This document shows positions 8,252-16,095 of a stretch of 24,000 nucleotides of DNA, in pieces. This DNA comes from Candidatus Pacearchaeota archaeon (GTDB lineage Archaea; Nanobdellota; Nanobdellia; Pacearchaeales; UBA284), in contig CP061211.1 in assembly GCA_026016245.1 (NCBI GenBank), positions 10,930 through 34,929 of the forward strand. The letters run 5' to 3'. Positions within the stretch are counted from its first letter, which is position 1. Every line of letters starts with the position of its first letter. The translations under genes and the position numbers were made by a program. The notes beneath the pieces are model-generated. The model was given only the letters and a program-made list of their open reading frames with translations, searched no databases and was not told the origin of the DNA.

Positions 8252-9784
8252 TTATTTGAAGGTTTTTAATCCTATATTTTCAAGAGTATTTATGAATTCT
8301 TTATCTGAAAGTTTTACAGAAGTGCTCACCTTTGCTAGCAATGATAAATTTTTTCTTAAGCCAATAGATGTTCCTTCAGGTGTCTCTATTGGGCAGAATC
8401 TTCCATAGTGTGTTGGGTGTAATGTCCTTGCCTTGAAATTTTCTTGTTCACTAGGGAGCAGACTTATCACACGCTGCAATTGGGATAGTTTAGAGAGGAT
8501 ATTTGTTTTATCCATATTTTGCGTGACCCCAGAACGCTGTCCTATCCAGGAACCTGTTGCAAGAGCACTTTCAATACGGTGTGAAAATAAGGTGGATTTC
8601 GCAAGACTTCTTATGGAATAAAATTTCTTTTTCCTTGCAATCTTCTGCAAATTATGTTGGAGGTCTCTGATGAAAATTGTCAGGTTAACTCTAAATAAGT
8701 CAGTAAGAAGATTACCACTTAATCTCACACGTTTGTTAGAATAATGATCCTTATCACTCTCTAGCTTATGTTCCTTTGCTACTAGAAATTGTTTGATTAA
8801 TTTGCATAATGTGATTGCTTTTTCCTTTCTTGAGTCTGGCTTTGTCCCTATATGAGGCAATAATGCTGAGTCAAATCTCAGTTTTACTCTATCAAGCATT
8901 TCTTTTTTTGTCCCTTGTATTTTCATGATTTCTGCTATTGCCATCAAGGCGTCATTCATATCCTGCACTTTTGCATGTTCGAACAGATTAACTATGAGAC
9001 TGTCAGATTCGCTACCAATAAAGGAAGCTATGTCTGAATCTTTTGTTATTCCTAAAGCCTTGATAAGAAGAAAGGAGGGGATGCTTTTGAAGCGAGAAAA
9101 AGAGACAAGAATTAACCCATCTTGAGTTTGGGTTATAGAAACAGGAATCCTATAACTGCCACGAGAAGAATACATTCTTAAAGAAATACCTTTTATTGTT
9201 TCTTCTGTAAATGCCTGGTTTTGTGCTAAATCCTCAATCATAACAAGAACACGTTCGTTTCCATTAATGATAAAGTAACCACCAGAATCAGCAGGATCTT
9301 CATAATTCTTCACAAGGTCGGCAGTGGACATACCATGTAAATTACACCACTTACTTTTTGCCATTATGGGCATTCTTCCTATCTCTACATTACTGTATTC
9401 TTTGCCGCCAACTCCTATCTCGAGATAAACAGGAGCTGAATAAGTTATTTTTCTTAACTTGGCCTCTATAGGTAAAATGCTTCTGATAGAACCATCAGCC
9501 TCTATAATTTGTGGCCTTCCAACAGAGATTTTACCTAGCCAGAGCTCGACCTCTTCCCTTGAGATTTCTTCATTTATGTTGTTAACAATCTCCTGAAGTC
9601 TGTTCTCAATAAAATCATTAAAAGATAGAATATTAGATTCAATAAGAGAGTGCTGTTGCAAGTATCTTCTAATAAGGAAGTGTTTTTTCTTCTTATCTTC
9701 CTCGATTTGTTCTTTCCCCTTCCCTTTTTCCTTTTCCTCGACCTTTTGGGCTTCTTCCTTTTTGTTTTTTCCTTCTTCAACCAT
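8252..9784 (-). CDS. rpoB2: DNA-directed RNA polymerase subunit B'' (N-terminal part of B)
   Basis: Contains GGYFIINGNERVLVMIEDLAQN, SGVTQNMDKTN, and HPTHYGRFCPIETPEGTSIGLRKNL. The track start at 9799 is TTG; ATG at 9784 (MVEEGKNKKEE...) is preferred. Very Lys/Glu-rich N-terminus. Confidence 0.96.
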   Translation of the reverse strand: MVEEGKNKKEEAQKVEEKEKGKGKEQIEEDKKKKHFLIRRYLQQHSLIESNILSFNDFIENRLQEIVNNINEEISREEVELWLGKISVGRPQIIEADGSIRSILPIEAKLRKITYSAPVYLEIGVGGKEYSNVEIGRMPIMAKSKWCNLHGMSTADLVKNYEDPADSGGYFIINGNERVLVMIEDLAQNQAFTEETIKGISLRMYSSRGSYRIPVSITQTQDGLILVSFSRFKSIPSFLLIKALGITKDSDIASFIGSESDSLIVNLFEHAKVQDMNDALMAIAEIMKIQGTKKEMLDRVKLRFDSALLPHIGTKPDSRKEKAITLCKLIKQFLVAKEHKLESDKDHYSNKRVRLSGNLLTDLFRVNLTIFIRDLQHNLQKIARKKKFYSIRSLAKSTLFSHRIESALATGSWIGQRSGVTQNMDKTNILSKLSQLQRVISLLPSEQENFKARTLHPTHYGRFCPIETPEGTSIGLRKNLSLLAKVSTSVKLSDKEFINTLENIGLKTFK

Positions 9785-9809
9785 TTTAAGATAAAACAAT
9801 CAAAATTAA

Positions 9810-10019
9810 TTAAGGAACAACAATACGGTAATATATAACTTTGCCGTTGGATGTTTTTCTTTCAATCTTAATTATATCTCCTACTTTTATATCGTCGGAC
9901 AAAATAGGATCTTTTTTTTTGATTTTAGGTAGTTGAGTTGCAGTAATATTAAGTTTTTCCAATAATAATCTGGCTTCTTCTGGCTTCAGTTTAAGGTGTT
10001 TGGATTGTAGAACATACAT
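9810..10019 (-). CDS. rpoH: DNA-directed RNA polymerase subunit H (Rpo5)
   Basis: 69 aa. LPKIKKKDPILSDDIKVGDIIKIERKTSNGKVIYYRIVV is a typical archaeal RpoH pattern. First gene of the RNAP operon. Confidence 0.93.
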   Translation of the reverse strand: MYVLQSKHLKLKPEEARLLLEKLNITATQLPKIKKKDPILSDDIKVGDIIKIERKTSNGKVIYYRIVVP

Positions 10020-10058
10020 TTTTCAGACAAACTCAACAAGATATTTTATTGAAAATGG

Positions 10059-10066
10059 TTTTTAAA
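10059..10066 (-). promoter_or_regulatory. Candidate TATA box for the RNAP operon
   Basis: Minus-strand TTTAAAAA within gaTTTAAAAAcc, about 40 nt upstream of the rpoH ATG. Confidence 0.5.
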
Positions 10067-10201
10067 TCTTTTGTTTTTTAAGACCACAATTTACAGATTC
10101 TTATTTTTAGATTTTTCCTCTATAAAATATATCTTAAGGTTTTTGATTTAAAACAAAATAGTTTTTTGTAGTCACTTATCAATAATTAAAAAATAGAAAG
10201 G

Positions 10202-10209
10202 TTTTTAAA
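10202..10209 (+). promoter_or_regulatory. Candidate TATA box for the small ORF/TrmB operon
   Basis: GAAAGG-TTTTTAAA about 30 nt upstream of ATG 10239. This argues for ATG 10239 over TTG 10215 as the start of the small ORF. Confidence 0.55.
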
Positions 10210-10238
10210 TCCCTTTGTCCTTGTCGAATAGTAATAAA

Positions 10239-10421
10239 ATGGAACCAACTGAACTTCAAAAAAACTTGAAATTAGATAGATTTGGTATAATTATTGATGA
10301 AAAGGATGGGTCACACACAATAACCGACCCTGTTTCTAAAACACCCTATATTATTTTTGATCCTTCTACACAATTAAAAGAAAAATCAAAAATAAATAAA
10401 CAAAAAATATATGTAATATAA
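10239..10421 (+). CDS. Small hypothetical protein
   Basis: MEPTELQKNLKLDRFGIIIDEKDGSHTITDPVSKTPYIIFDP... The start is revised from the track because of the TATA-box position. Followed directly by the TrmB-like gene. Confidence 0.55.
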   Translation: MEPTELQKNLKLDRFGIIIDEKDGSHTITDPVSKTPYIIFDPSTQLKEKSKINKQKIYVI

Positions 10422-10422
10422 G

Positions 10423-11235
10423 ATGATAGCTAAAACTGAACTTATCAAAAAAGTGAAGTACCATTTTAGTTTGAACATTTATGAGAGTAAGGTTTGGATA
10501 GCCCTCTTAAACAAGACTATAGCTACTGTTGGTGAGATAGCTGAGATAAGTGGTGTTCCAAGAAGCCGTGTCTATGATGTTTTAGAAAGCCTGGAAAAGA
10601 GAGGCTTTGCAATAGCCAAATTAGGAAAGCCTGTTAGATACATAGCAGTTAAACCTTCTGTTGTTATTGAGCATATGAAAAATAACATGCTAAGAAATGC
10701 TGAAGAGAGGGCAAAGAATCTGACAACTATGAAAGATAGTGTAGAATATAGGGAGTTAGAGGTTTTGCATAGTAAAGGAATCAAACCTATACAGCCAGAG
10801 GATTTAAGTTCAGCAATTAAAGGAAGACAGAATATTTATAGTCACATAAAAGACTTACTCGGAGGAGCTGAGAAGGAAATTATTTTTATTTCAACCTCTG
10901 ATGCACTTAAGAGAAAAGCACATTTTCTTAAACCTATTTTAAAGAAATTAAAAAATCAAGGTGTTACTGTGAATATAGCTGCAAGTGCAAAGAATCCTGG
11001 AGACGAAAAAGAAAAATTAAACTTGATTAGTTTAAGCAAAGAACTTGGAGTTCCTATAAGAAGAATTAAGATCAATGCTAGATTCTGTATTGTTGATGGT
11101 TCAAAACTCTTGATTTTTATAACTCCTGATAGTGATGTTGAAGGTGACATAGCTATCTGGATCAATAGTCCTTTCTTTGGAAAAGCATTAACAACTTTTT
11201 TAAGTCCTGTATGGAGAATATCTAGAGCAAGATAA
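10423..11235 (+). CDS. TrmB-family transcriptional regulator
   Basis: 270 aa. N-terminal winged HTH (LNIYESKVWIALLNKTIATVGEIAEISGVPRSRVYDVLESLEKRGFA) and a C-terminal PLD-like sensor-type domain (EKEIIFISTSD...RFCIVDGSKLLIFI). Confidence 0.88.
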   Translation: MIAKTELIKKVKYHFSLNIYESKVWIALLNKTIATVGEIAEISGVPRSRVYDVLESLEKRGFAIAKLGKPVRYIAVKPSVVIEHMKNNMLRNAEERAKNLTTMKDSVEYRELEVLHSKGIKPIQPEDLSSAIKGRQNIYSHIKDLLGGAEKEIIFISTSDALKRKAHFLKPILKKLKNQGVTVNIAASAKNPGDEKEKLNLISLSKELGVPIRRIKINARFCIVDGSKLLIFITPDSDVEGDIAIWINSPFFGKALTTFLSPVWRISRAR

Positions 11236-11236
11236 A

Positions 11237-11467
11237 ATGGAAGAACAAAATAAACCCTCAAAATTAGATTATATTATGTCACTTACCCCTATTCCAGTAA
11301 TAGGTGAAAGATGTGCAAAAAAAGTTTGGTCTTATGAAGCTGAGAAAGATTCAAAAGGAGATGTTAGTGGAAGAGTTTTTATATCAAGATATATCGCATA
11401 TTGCGTTATTCCTTCAATGATTGCTGGCCCATGTGCACTAGCACTTAAAATAAAAAATCTTATATAA
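11237..11467 (+). CDS. Small hypothetical protein
   Basis: 76 aa ORF starting 1 nt after the TrmB-like stop. Moderately hydrophobic C-terminus. Confidence 0.5.
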   Translation: MEEQNKPSKLDYIMSLTPIPVIGERCAKKVWSYEAEKDSKGDVSGRVFISRYIAYCVIPSMIAGPCALALKIKNLI

Positions 11468-11553
11468 TTCTAATTAGTGCTATTTTATTAACTATCTTTT
11501 CTATTTTTAAAACTAAGAAAATTAAAAATAAAATAAAAAATAAAAACAAAAAT

Positions 11554-11898
11554 TTAACGTTTAGCCAAGCTAAAAACAGATTTTAGGGCAACAATGATTG
11601 TTGCTGGCACGAACAATATCAGTAGATTCTCTAGGATTTGTGCTAAGAAATTGACGCCAAGTTTGTCTACTCCAAATACACTACCTCCGAAATAGCTAAC
11701 AATAACTAAGATTACACCAGCTATCAGGAAAGGCTGTGCTTCAACATCAGTTATGTTCAATAGACCAATAAGGATACCAATAACTACTAGAACCCAATAA
11801 ACCCATGTTGCCATGGCAAGAAATCCGAAGATCACTGCTATAATCACACCAATAAGAAATGCCCATGCACCTAGCATGTTTCCTTTCTTTTTAGGCAT
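11554..11898 (-). CDS. Multi-pass membrane protein, unknown function
   Basis: 114 aa with about four hydrophobic segments (LGAWAFLIGVIIAVIFGFLAM; VYWVLVVIGILIGLL; FLIAGVILVIVSYFG; LLILFVPATIIVAL). Confidence 0.65.
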   Translation of the reverse strand: MPKKKGNMLGAWAFLIGVIIAVIFGFLAMATWVYWVLVVIGILIGLLNITDVEAQPFLIAGVILVIVSYFGGSVFGVDKLGVNFLAQILENLLILFVPATIIVALKSVFSLAKR

Positions 11899-12011
11899 TT
11901 TATTCTTTACCTCCTTTTAGATTTAAAATTACTAATATAAGAGGAATGTTCTTTTTAAAGTTTTTGCTTCATTTTTTCTATCTTTTAGTAATATAAAATA
12001 AAAAAAATAGT

Positions 12012-12758
12012 TTATTTCTTTTTTAACCAATTTATAAGAATTTTTAGTGACTTTTCATAGTTTTCATTAATTCCAAGACTATGGTCCGCTCCTTTAATTA
12101 ATTCTAACTTTGCATCAGGAAAATTTTTTGTTAGCTTCTTAGTATTTTCAGGATTAACACATTCATCATCTGTTCCTTGTATAATTAAAGTTGGAATTTT
12201 AATATTCTTTACTTTATCATACATTGTATACTGGTGACCATCTTCTACAAATTCATATCTTATCTTGTGTTTAGTGCCATCTGATTTTATATGATATGTG
12301 TAACCTTGTTCTTTCCATTTTTTTAATCCTTTTTTTCCTTTCATTAACAATACATCTTCATCATTGGAGGAGGTTGGAGATCTTAAAATTAAAAACTTTA
12401 GTTCTGGATGTTTTAAAGTTGTGGCCATAGCTACCAAACCACCTGTACTTGTGCCAAGCAAACTAATCTTTTTGTAGCCTTTATCTTTACAAAATTTTAT
12501 TGCAGATTCAACAACCCCTATATATTTTGTTATTGTTGCAAATTCAAATTTTGGTTCTGATTCTCCTAGGTTATCTAAGTCTATTCTTAAAGTGTTGATT
12601 TTATTTTTACCTAGTTCTTCTGCAATTATTTTTGTACCTTTATCTTTGTTTGAAGAAAACCCATGAATAAGTATTATAATTTTTTTTTCTGGGCTTGGTT
12701 CATCAATAACGCCACAGATCTTTTCATTAAATTTATTTTTAAAGAATATTTTTTTCAT
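12012..12758 (-). CDS. Alpha/beta hydrolase (serine aminopeptidase-like)
   Basis: KKIIILIHGFSSNKD, nucleophile elbow LLGTSTGG, and LIKGADHSLGI. The track start (GTG 12836) lies inside tRNA-Cys, so the start is corrected to ATG 12758 (MKKIFFKNKF...). Confidence 0.88.
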   Translation of the reverse strand: MKKIFFKNKFNEKICGVIDEPSPEKKIIILIHGFSSNKDKGTKIIAEELGKNKINTLRIDLDNLGESEPKFEFATITKYIGVVESAIKFCKDKGYKKISLLGTSTGGLVAMATTLKHPELKFLILRSPTSSNDEDVLLMKGKKGLKKWKEQGYTYHIKSDGTKHKIRYEFVEDGHQYTMYDKVKNIKIPTLIIQGTDDECVNPENTKKLTKNFPDAKLELIKGADHSLGINENYEKSLKILINWLKKK

Positions 12759-12771
12759 CTTTGTTTTGGTA

Positions 12772-12842
12772 AGCAGGGGAGGGGAATTGAACCCCCGTAC
12801 GTCGGTCTGCAACCGACTGCATAACCACTCTGCCACCCCTGC
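12772..12842 (-). tRNA. tRNA-Cys (anticodon GCA)
   Basis: 71 nt cloverleaf folded by hand: acceptor GCAGGGG/CCCCUGC, anticodon arm GUCGG-UUGCAGA-CCGAC, T arm GGGGG-UUCAAUU-CCCCU, discriminator U. CCA is not encoded. Confidence 0.95.
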
Positions 12843-12844
12843 AG

Positions 12845-12952
12845 AGGGCCTGACGGGACTCGAACCCGCAACATCCAGCTTTCTCCGTTCGGGTTGATAA
12901 GGGCTTGCCCTTATTTAGAAGGCTGGCGCTCTATCCATTGAGCTACAGGCCC
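12845..12952 (-). tRNA. tRNA-Arg (anticodon UCU) with 35-nt intron
   Basis: Exons total 73 nt: acceptor GGGCCUG/CAGGCCC, D arm GCUC-AAUGGAUA-GAGC, anticodon arm CCAGC-CUUCUA[intron]A-GCUGG, T arm GCGGG-UUCGAGU-CCCGU. Intron at 12881-12915, canonical 37/38 position. CCA is not encoded. Confidence 0.95.
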
Positions 12953-12973
12953 AATATAAAAAGAAAGAAGAAA

Positions 12974-12984
12974 CTTTTAAATTT
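12974..12984 (-). promoter_or_regulatory. Candidate TATA box for the tRNA-Arg/tRNA-Cys unit
   Basis: Minus-strand AAATTTAAAAG about 26 nt upstream of the tRNA-Arg 5' end. Overlaps the stop codon region of the GGDEF gene. Confidence 0.5.
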
Positions 12985-13684
12985 AACTTTTATCCCCAAC
13001 AAATTGTTTTTCTATTTTTTCAAGAAAAGAAATCTTACTGATATCATCATATTCCATATAACAATTCTTACCATGTTCTTTGGCATATCTTAGAGCTATG
13101 TTGGCTTTCTCAAACAAATCTAGATTACCATTTCTCTTCCCATTTTTACTTTTTGGCATAAATTTTTCATAAGCACTTTTCATCTTTGATGTGGCTAATT
13201 CAGTTTTTTTATTATGTGAGGCGACTCCAATACTTGCTGTAAGATTAAAAGAAGCAAGAAATTTATCCTCTTGAATAAACTTCCTAATTCTTTCAGCCAT
13301 ATTTTTAGCATCTTCTGAGGGAGTTTCAGGCATTAAAACAACAAATTCTTCACCGCCAAACCTAGCAGCGACATCTGTTTCTCGGACATTACTTTTGATA
13401 ATCATTGAAACCATCTGTAAAACCTCATCGCCACGAAGATAACCATGCTTATCATTGATCCTTTTAAAATCATCTAAATCAAGAAGCAACATTGAGATAG
13501 TTCTGCCATAACGTTCAGCTATTGCCATCTCATGTTTAAAGACAGAATTAAAATACCTATAATTGTAAAGTTGTGTTTTAGTATCCACAGTAGCTAGATA
13601 ATAAAGCTTGGCTATTTTTTTAGCATCAAGACCTTTCTTAAGATCTTCTTTTCTACCTAAAATTTTCTTTAACCAGTCTGCCAT
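12983..13684 (-). CDS. GGDEF-domain protein (candidate diguanylate cyclase)
   Basis: LLLDLDDFKRINDKHGYLRGDEVL, RETD-VAARF-GGEEF (I-site RxxD five residues before the GGEEF A-site), and FNLTASIGVAS. Start ATG 13684 (MADWLKKILGR) is preferred over 13726. Confidence 0.93.
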   Translation of the reverse strand: MADWLKKILGRKEDLKKGLDAKKIAKLYYLATVDTKTQLYNYRYFNSVFKHEMAIAERYGRTISMLLLDLDDFKRINDKHGYLRGDEVLQMVSMIIKSNVRETDVAARFGGEEFVVLMPETPSEDAKNMAERIRKFIQEDKFLASFNLTASIGVASHNKKTELATSKMKSAYEKFMPKSKNGKRNGNLDLFEKANIALRYAKEHGKNCYMEYDDISKISFLEKIEKQFVGDKS

Positions 13685-13732
13685 CTTAAAATTCAAATAT
13701 ATCAAATAATATAATCCAACAAACACAATACC

Positions 13733-13740
13733 TTTAAAAA
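13733..13740 (+). promoter_or_regulatory. Candidate TATA box for tatD (leaderless arrangement)
   Basis: TTTAAAAA centred about 25 nt upstream of ATG 13762. Confidence 0.5.
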
Positions 13741-13761
13741 TTTAACCTTTATCAATTTATT

Positions 13762-14526
13762 ATGATAGATTGCCATTGCCATTTTGAGCAAAAAGAGTAT
13801 GATAAAGATAGAAACAAAATCATAGAAAAGTGTAAAAAACAACTAAAAGCAATAATAACATCATCAGCGCATCCAAAAGATATAAAATTAACACTAGAAC
13901 TAACAAAAAAATATCCAAATTTTATATTTGCAGCAATAGGTTTACATCCAACTTATATTAAGGAACTGACAGAAGAGCAAATAAACAAAACAATAGAAGC
14001 AATAAAAAATAACAAAGACAAGATTGTTGCAGTTGGAGAGATAGGTTTAGATTATTTCTGGATCAAAGAAGAGGAATGGCAAGAAAAACAAAGACAACTT
14101 TTCAAAAAAATGATAAAAATAGTAAAAGAACTAGGATTGCCTTTAGTAATTCATAGCAGAAATGCCAGAGAAGATACAATAAAAATTTTAGAAGAAGAAG
14201 GAATGAAAAGGAAAAAGGTTTTAATGCATCTATTTACTGACAGAAAAAATTTACAAAGAGTGATAGATAATGGCTGGTTTGTTTCAATAGGTCCTGGCAT
14301 CAAGAGATCAAAAAATCTAAGAAAGATAGCGAGAGATACTCCTTTAAATAAAATTCTTCTGGAAACTGATTCTCCGTGGTTTGCTCAAGAAAATCAAAAA
14401 TATGGAACTCCACTCAATATAAAAATTGCAGCAAAAAAAATCGCAGAAATAAAAAAATTAACCATAGAACAGGTAGAAAAGCAAACAGATTTAAATGCAA
14501 TTGAATTTTTTAATTTAGAATGGTAG
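13762..14526 (+). CDS. tatD: TatD-family metal-dependent hydrolase/DNase
   Basis: 254 aa. MIDCHCHFE, AIGLHPTY, VAVGEIGLDYFW, LPLVIHSRNA, and ILLETDSPWF. Confidence 0.95.
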   Translation: MIDCHCHFEQKEYDKDRNKIIEKCKKQLKAIITSSAHPKDIKLTLELTKKYPNFIFAAIGLHPTYIKELTEEQINKTIEAIKNNKDKIVAVGEIGLDYFWIKEEEWQEKQRQLFKKMIKIVKELGLPLVIHSRNAREDTIKILEEEGMKRKKVLMHLFTDRKNLQRVIDNGWFVSIGPGIKRSKNLRKIARDTPLNKILLETDSPWFAQENQKYGTPLNIKIAAKKIAEIKKLTIEQVEKQTDLNAIEFFNLEW

Positions 14527-14804
14527 ATTTATTCATGATTTTAGCAATAATCGTCGCATTATTAGGTTATCCTCTTGGCCTCATTCTTGCAAAAATAACA
14601 AAAGAAGAATTAAAAACAGGAAAAAAATGGTTTAGGTTGATTATTGCTGTTTGTGTAATAGCAATAGTAGTTTCAGTCATATTTACAGGAGGAAAAACTT
14701 TCTTGTTTCTTATTTTAAGTTTTGTTTTTATTATTCTAGTCACTTTGCCATCATTGATTAAGAAAGAAAAACAAAAGAAGAAAAAGAAGAAAAAGAAAAA
14801 ATAA
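14520..14804 (+). CDS. Small membrane protein with poly-Lys tail
   Basis: 94 aa with three hydrophobic segments and C-terminal KKEKQKKKKKKKKK. Sits between tatD and dph5 in the same direction. Confidence 0.55.
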   Translation: MVDLFMILAIIVALLGYPLGLILAKITKEELKTGKKWFRLIIAVCVIAIVVSVIFTGGKTFLFLILSFVFIILVTLPSLIKKEKQKKKKKKKKK

Positions 14805-14805
14805 A

Positions 14806-15516
14806 ATGCTCTATTTGATTGGTTTGGGTTTAGAAAAGAAAGATATTAATATTAAAGCCCTAGAAATAATAAAGAAATGCAAAAAAATCTATCTTGAAAT
14901 TTATACAACAAAACTGCCTTATAAAAAAATAGATCTTGAAAAAGTAATTAAGAAAAAAGTAATTGATGCAAAAAGAGATTTAGTTGAGTCTGATTTTTTA
15001 ATTAAAGAAGCTAAGAAACAAAATATTGCCTTATTAATTTATGGTGATCCTCTTTCTGCAACTACTCATGTATCTTTGATGAATGAGGCAAAGAAAGCTA
15101 AAGTTAAAATACAAATTATGCATAATACATCAATTTTCAATGCGATTAGTGAAACAGGCCTTCACTTATATAAATTTGGTAAAACAGTCAGCATACCAAA
15201 ATGGAAAGAACATTATGAGCCCATGAGTTTTTATCAAACTATAAAGGAAAATTTGAATATAGAAGCACATACTTTATTGTTAGTAGATATTGATTTGAGT
15301 TTAAAAGAAGCATTAAGAGAGCTGGCTGAAGCGTCAAATAAGGAATTAGATAATAAAACAATAATTATATGCTCACAATTAGGAACAAAAAATCAGAAAA
15401 TTGTGAATGGAAAGTTTAAAGAATTAGTAAAAAAAATTCCAAGAGTTAAGGAACCTTTTTGCATTATAATTCCTGCTTCATTACATTTCACAGAAGCAGA
15501 ATTCCTTAAAATTTAG
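14806..15516 (+). CDS. dph5: Diphthine synthase (Dph5/DphB)
   Basis: 236 aa. MLYLIGLGLEKKDINIKALEIIKKCKKIYLEIYTT, LLIYGDPLSATTH, HNTSIFNAISETGLHLYKFGKTVSIP. Confidence 0.93.
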   Translation: MLYLIGLGLEKKDINIKALEIIKKCKKIYLEIYTTKLPYKKIDLEKVIKKKVIDAKRDLVESDFLIKEAKKQNIALLIYGDPLSATTHVSLMNEAKKAKVKIQIMHNTSIFNAISETGLHLYKFGKTVSIPKWKEHYEPMSFYQTIKENLNIEAHTLLLVDIDLSLKEALRELAEASNKELDNKTIIICSQLGTKNQKIVNGKFKELVKKIPRVKEPFCIIIPASLHFTEAEFLKI

Positions 15517-15535
15517 ATATTCTTGAATATAAACA

Positions 15536-15543
15536 TTTATATA
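15536..15543 (+). promoter_or_regulatory. Candidate TATA box for the HTH-MNT/HEPN pair
   Basis: TTTATATA, 25-32 nt upstream of ATG 15568. Confidence 0.5.
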
Positions 15544-15567
15544 CCCTAAGGAACATATATGTTTACT

Positions 15568-16095
15568 ATGAAACAAAAATGTAGCCTTTGGCGGGTTTTT
15601 GATGTATTTGTTGAAAAACCCTTAAAGATTTATTATATCAAAGAAATAGCTAGAAAAATAAATCTTGCTCCAACATCTGTTAAAAAGCATTTGTTATATT
15701 TACTCAAACAAAATTTAATACTTAAAAAGAAAGGTGAAAGGTTTTTTGGTTTTGTAGCTAATAGAGATAATAAAGATTTTTTATTCTACAAGAAGATATT
15801 CAATATAATCAGACTTAAAGAATCTGGATTTCTTGATTTTTTAATTGATTCTCTTCATCCACAAGCAATAGTTCTATATGGTTCATACTTTAGAGGGGAA
15901 GATATAGAGACTAGCGATATAGATATGCTAATACTCTCAAAAATTAAAAAAAGATTAATATTGGAGAAATTTGAGAGAATTTTAAAGAAGGGAATTCATC
16001 TTATAACTATAGCTAGTCTGAAAAAATTAACACCTGGGTTAAAAATGGAAGTAATTAATGGATTGGTTTTACATGGATATTTAAAAAATGATTGA
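15568..16095 (+). CDS. HTH + MNT-type nucleotidyltransferase (putative MNT-HEPN antitoxin-like component)
   Basis: N-terminal winged HTH (YYIKEIARKINLAPTSVKKHLLYLLKQNLI) followed by nucleotidyltransferase motif GSYFRGEDIETSDID, which fits GSx10DxD. The track starts at 15559; ATG 15568 fits the TATA spacing better. Confidence 0.85.
   Translation: MKQKCSLWRVFDVFVEKPLKIYYIKEIARKINLAPTSVKKHLLYLLKQNLILKKKGERFFGFVANRDNKDFLFYKKIFNIIRLKESGFLDFLIDSLHPQAIVLYGSYFRGEDIETSDIDMLILSKIKKRLILEKFERILKKGIHLITIASLKKLTPGLKMEVINGLVLHGYLKND

Noticed and set aside
9574-9838. ORFs 9574-9780 (-) and 9650-9838 (+) over the rpoB'' N-terminus
   Set aside because: They arise from the A/G-rich Lys/Glu-coding stretch at the rpoB'' start. 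The compositional bias explains them.
12905-13093. Plus-strand 62-aa ORF over tRNA-Arg and the end of the GGDEF gene
   Set aside because: Overlaps a well-folded tRNA and a conserved CDS on the opposite strand.
14770-14804. A-rich tract coding KKEKQKKKKKKKKK as a possible slippage or phase-variable tract
   Set aside because: The tract is interrupted by G and C bases and contains no long pure homopolymer, so support for phase variation is weak.
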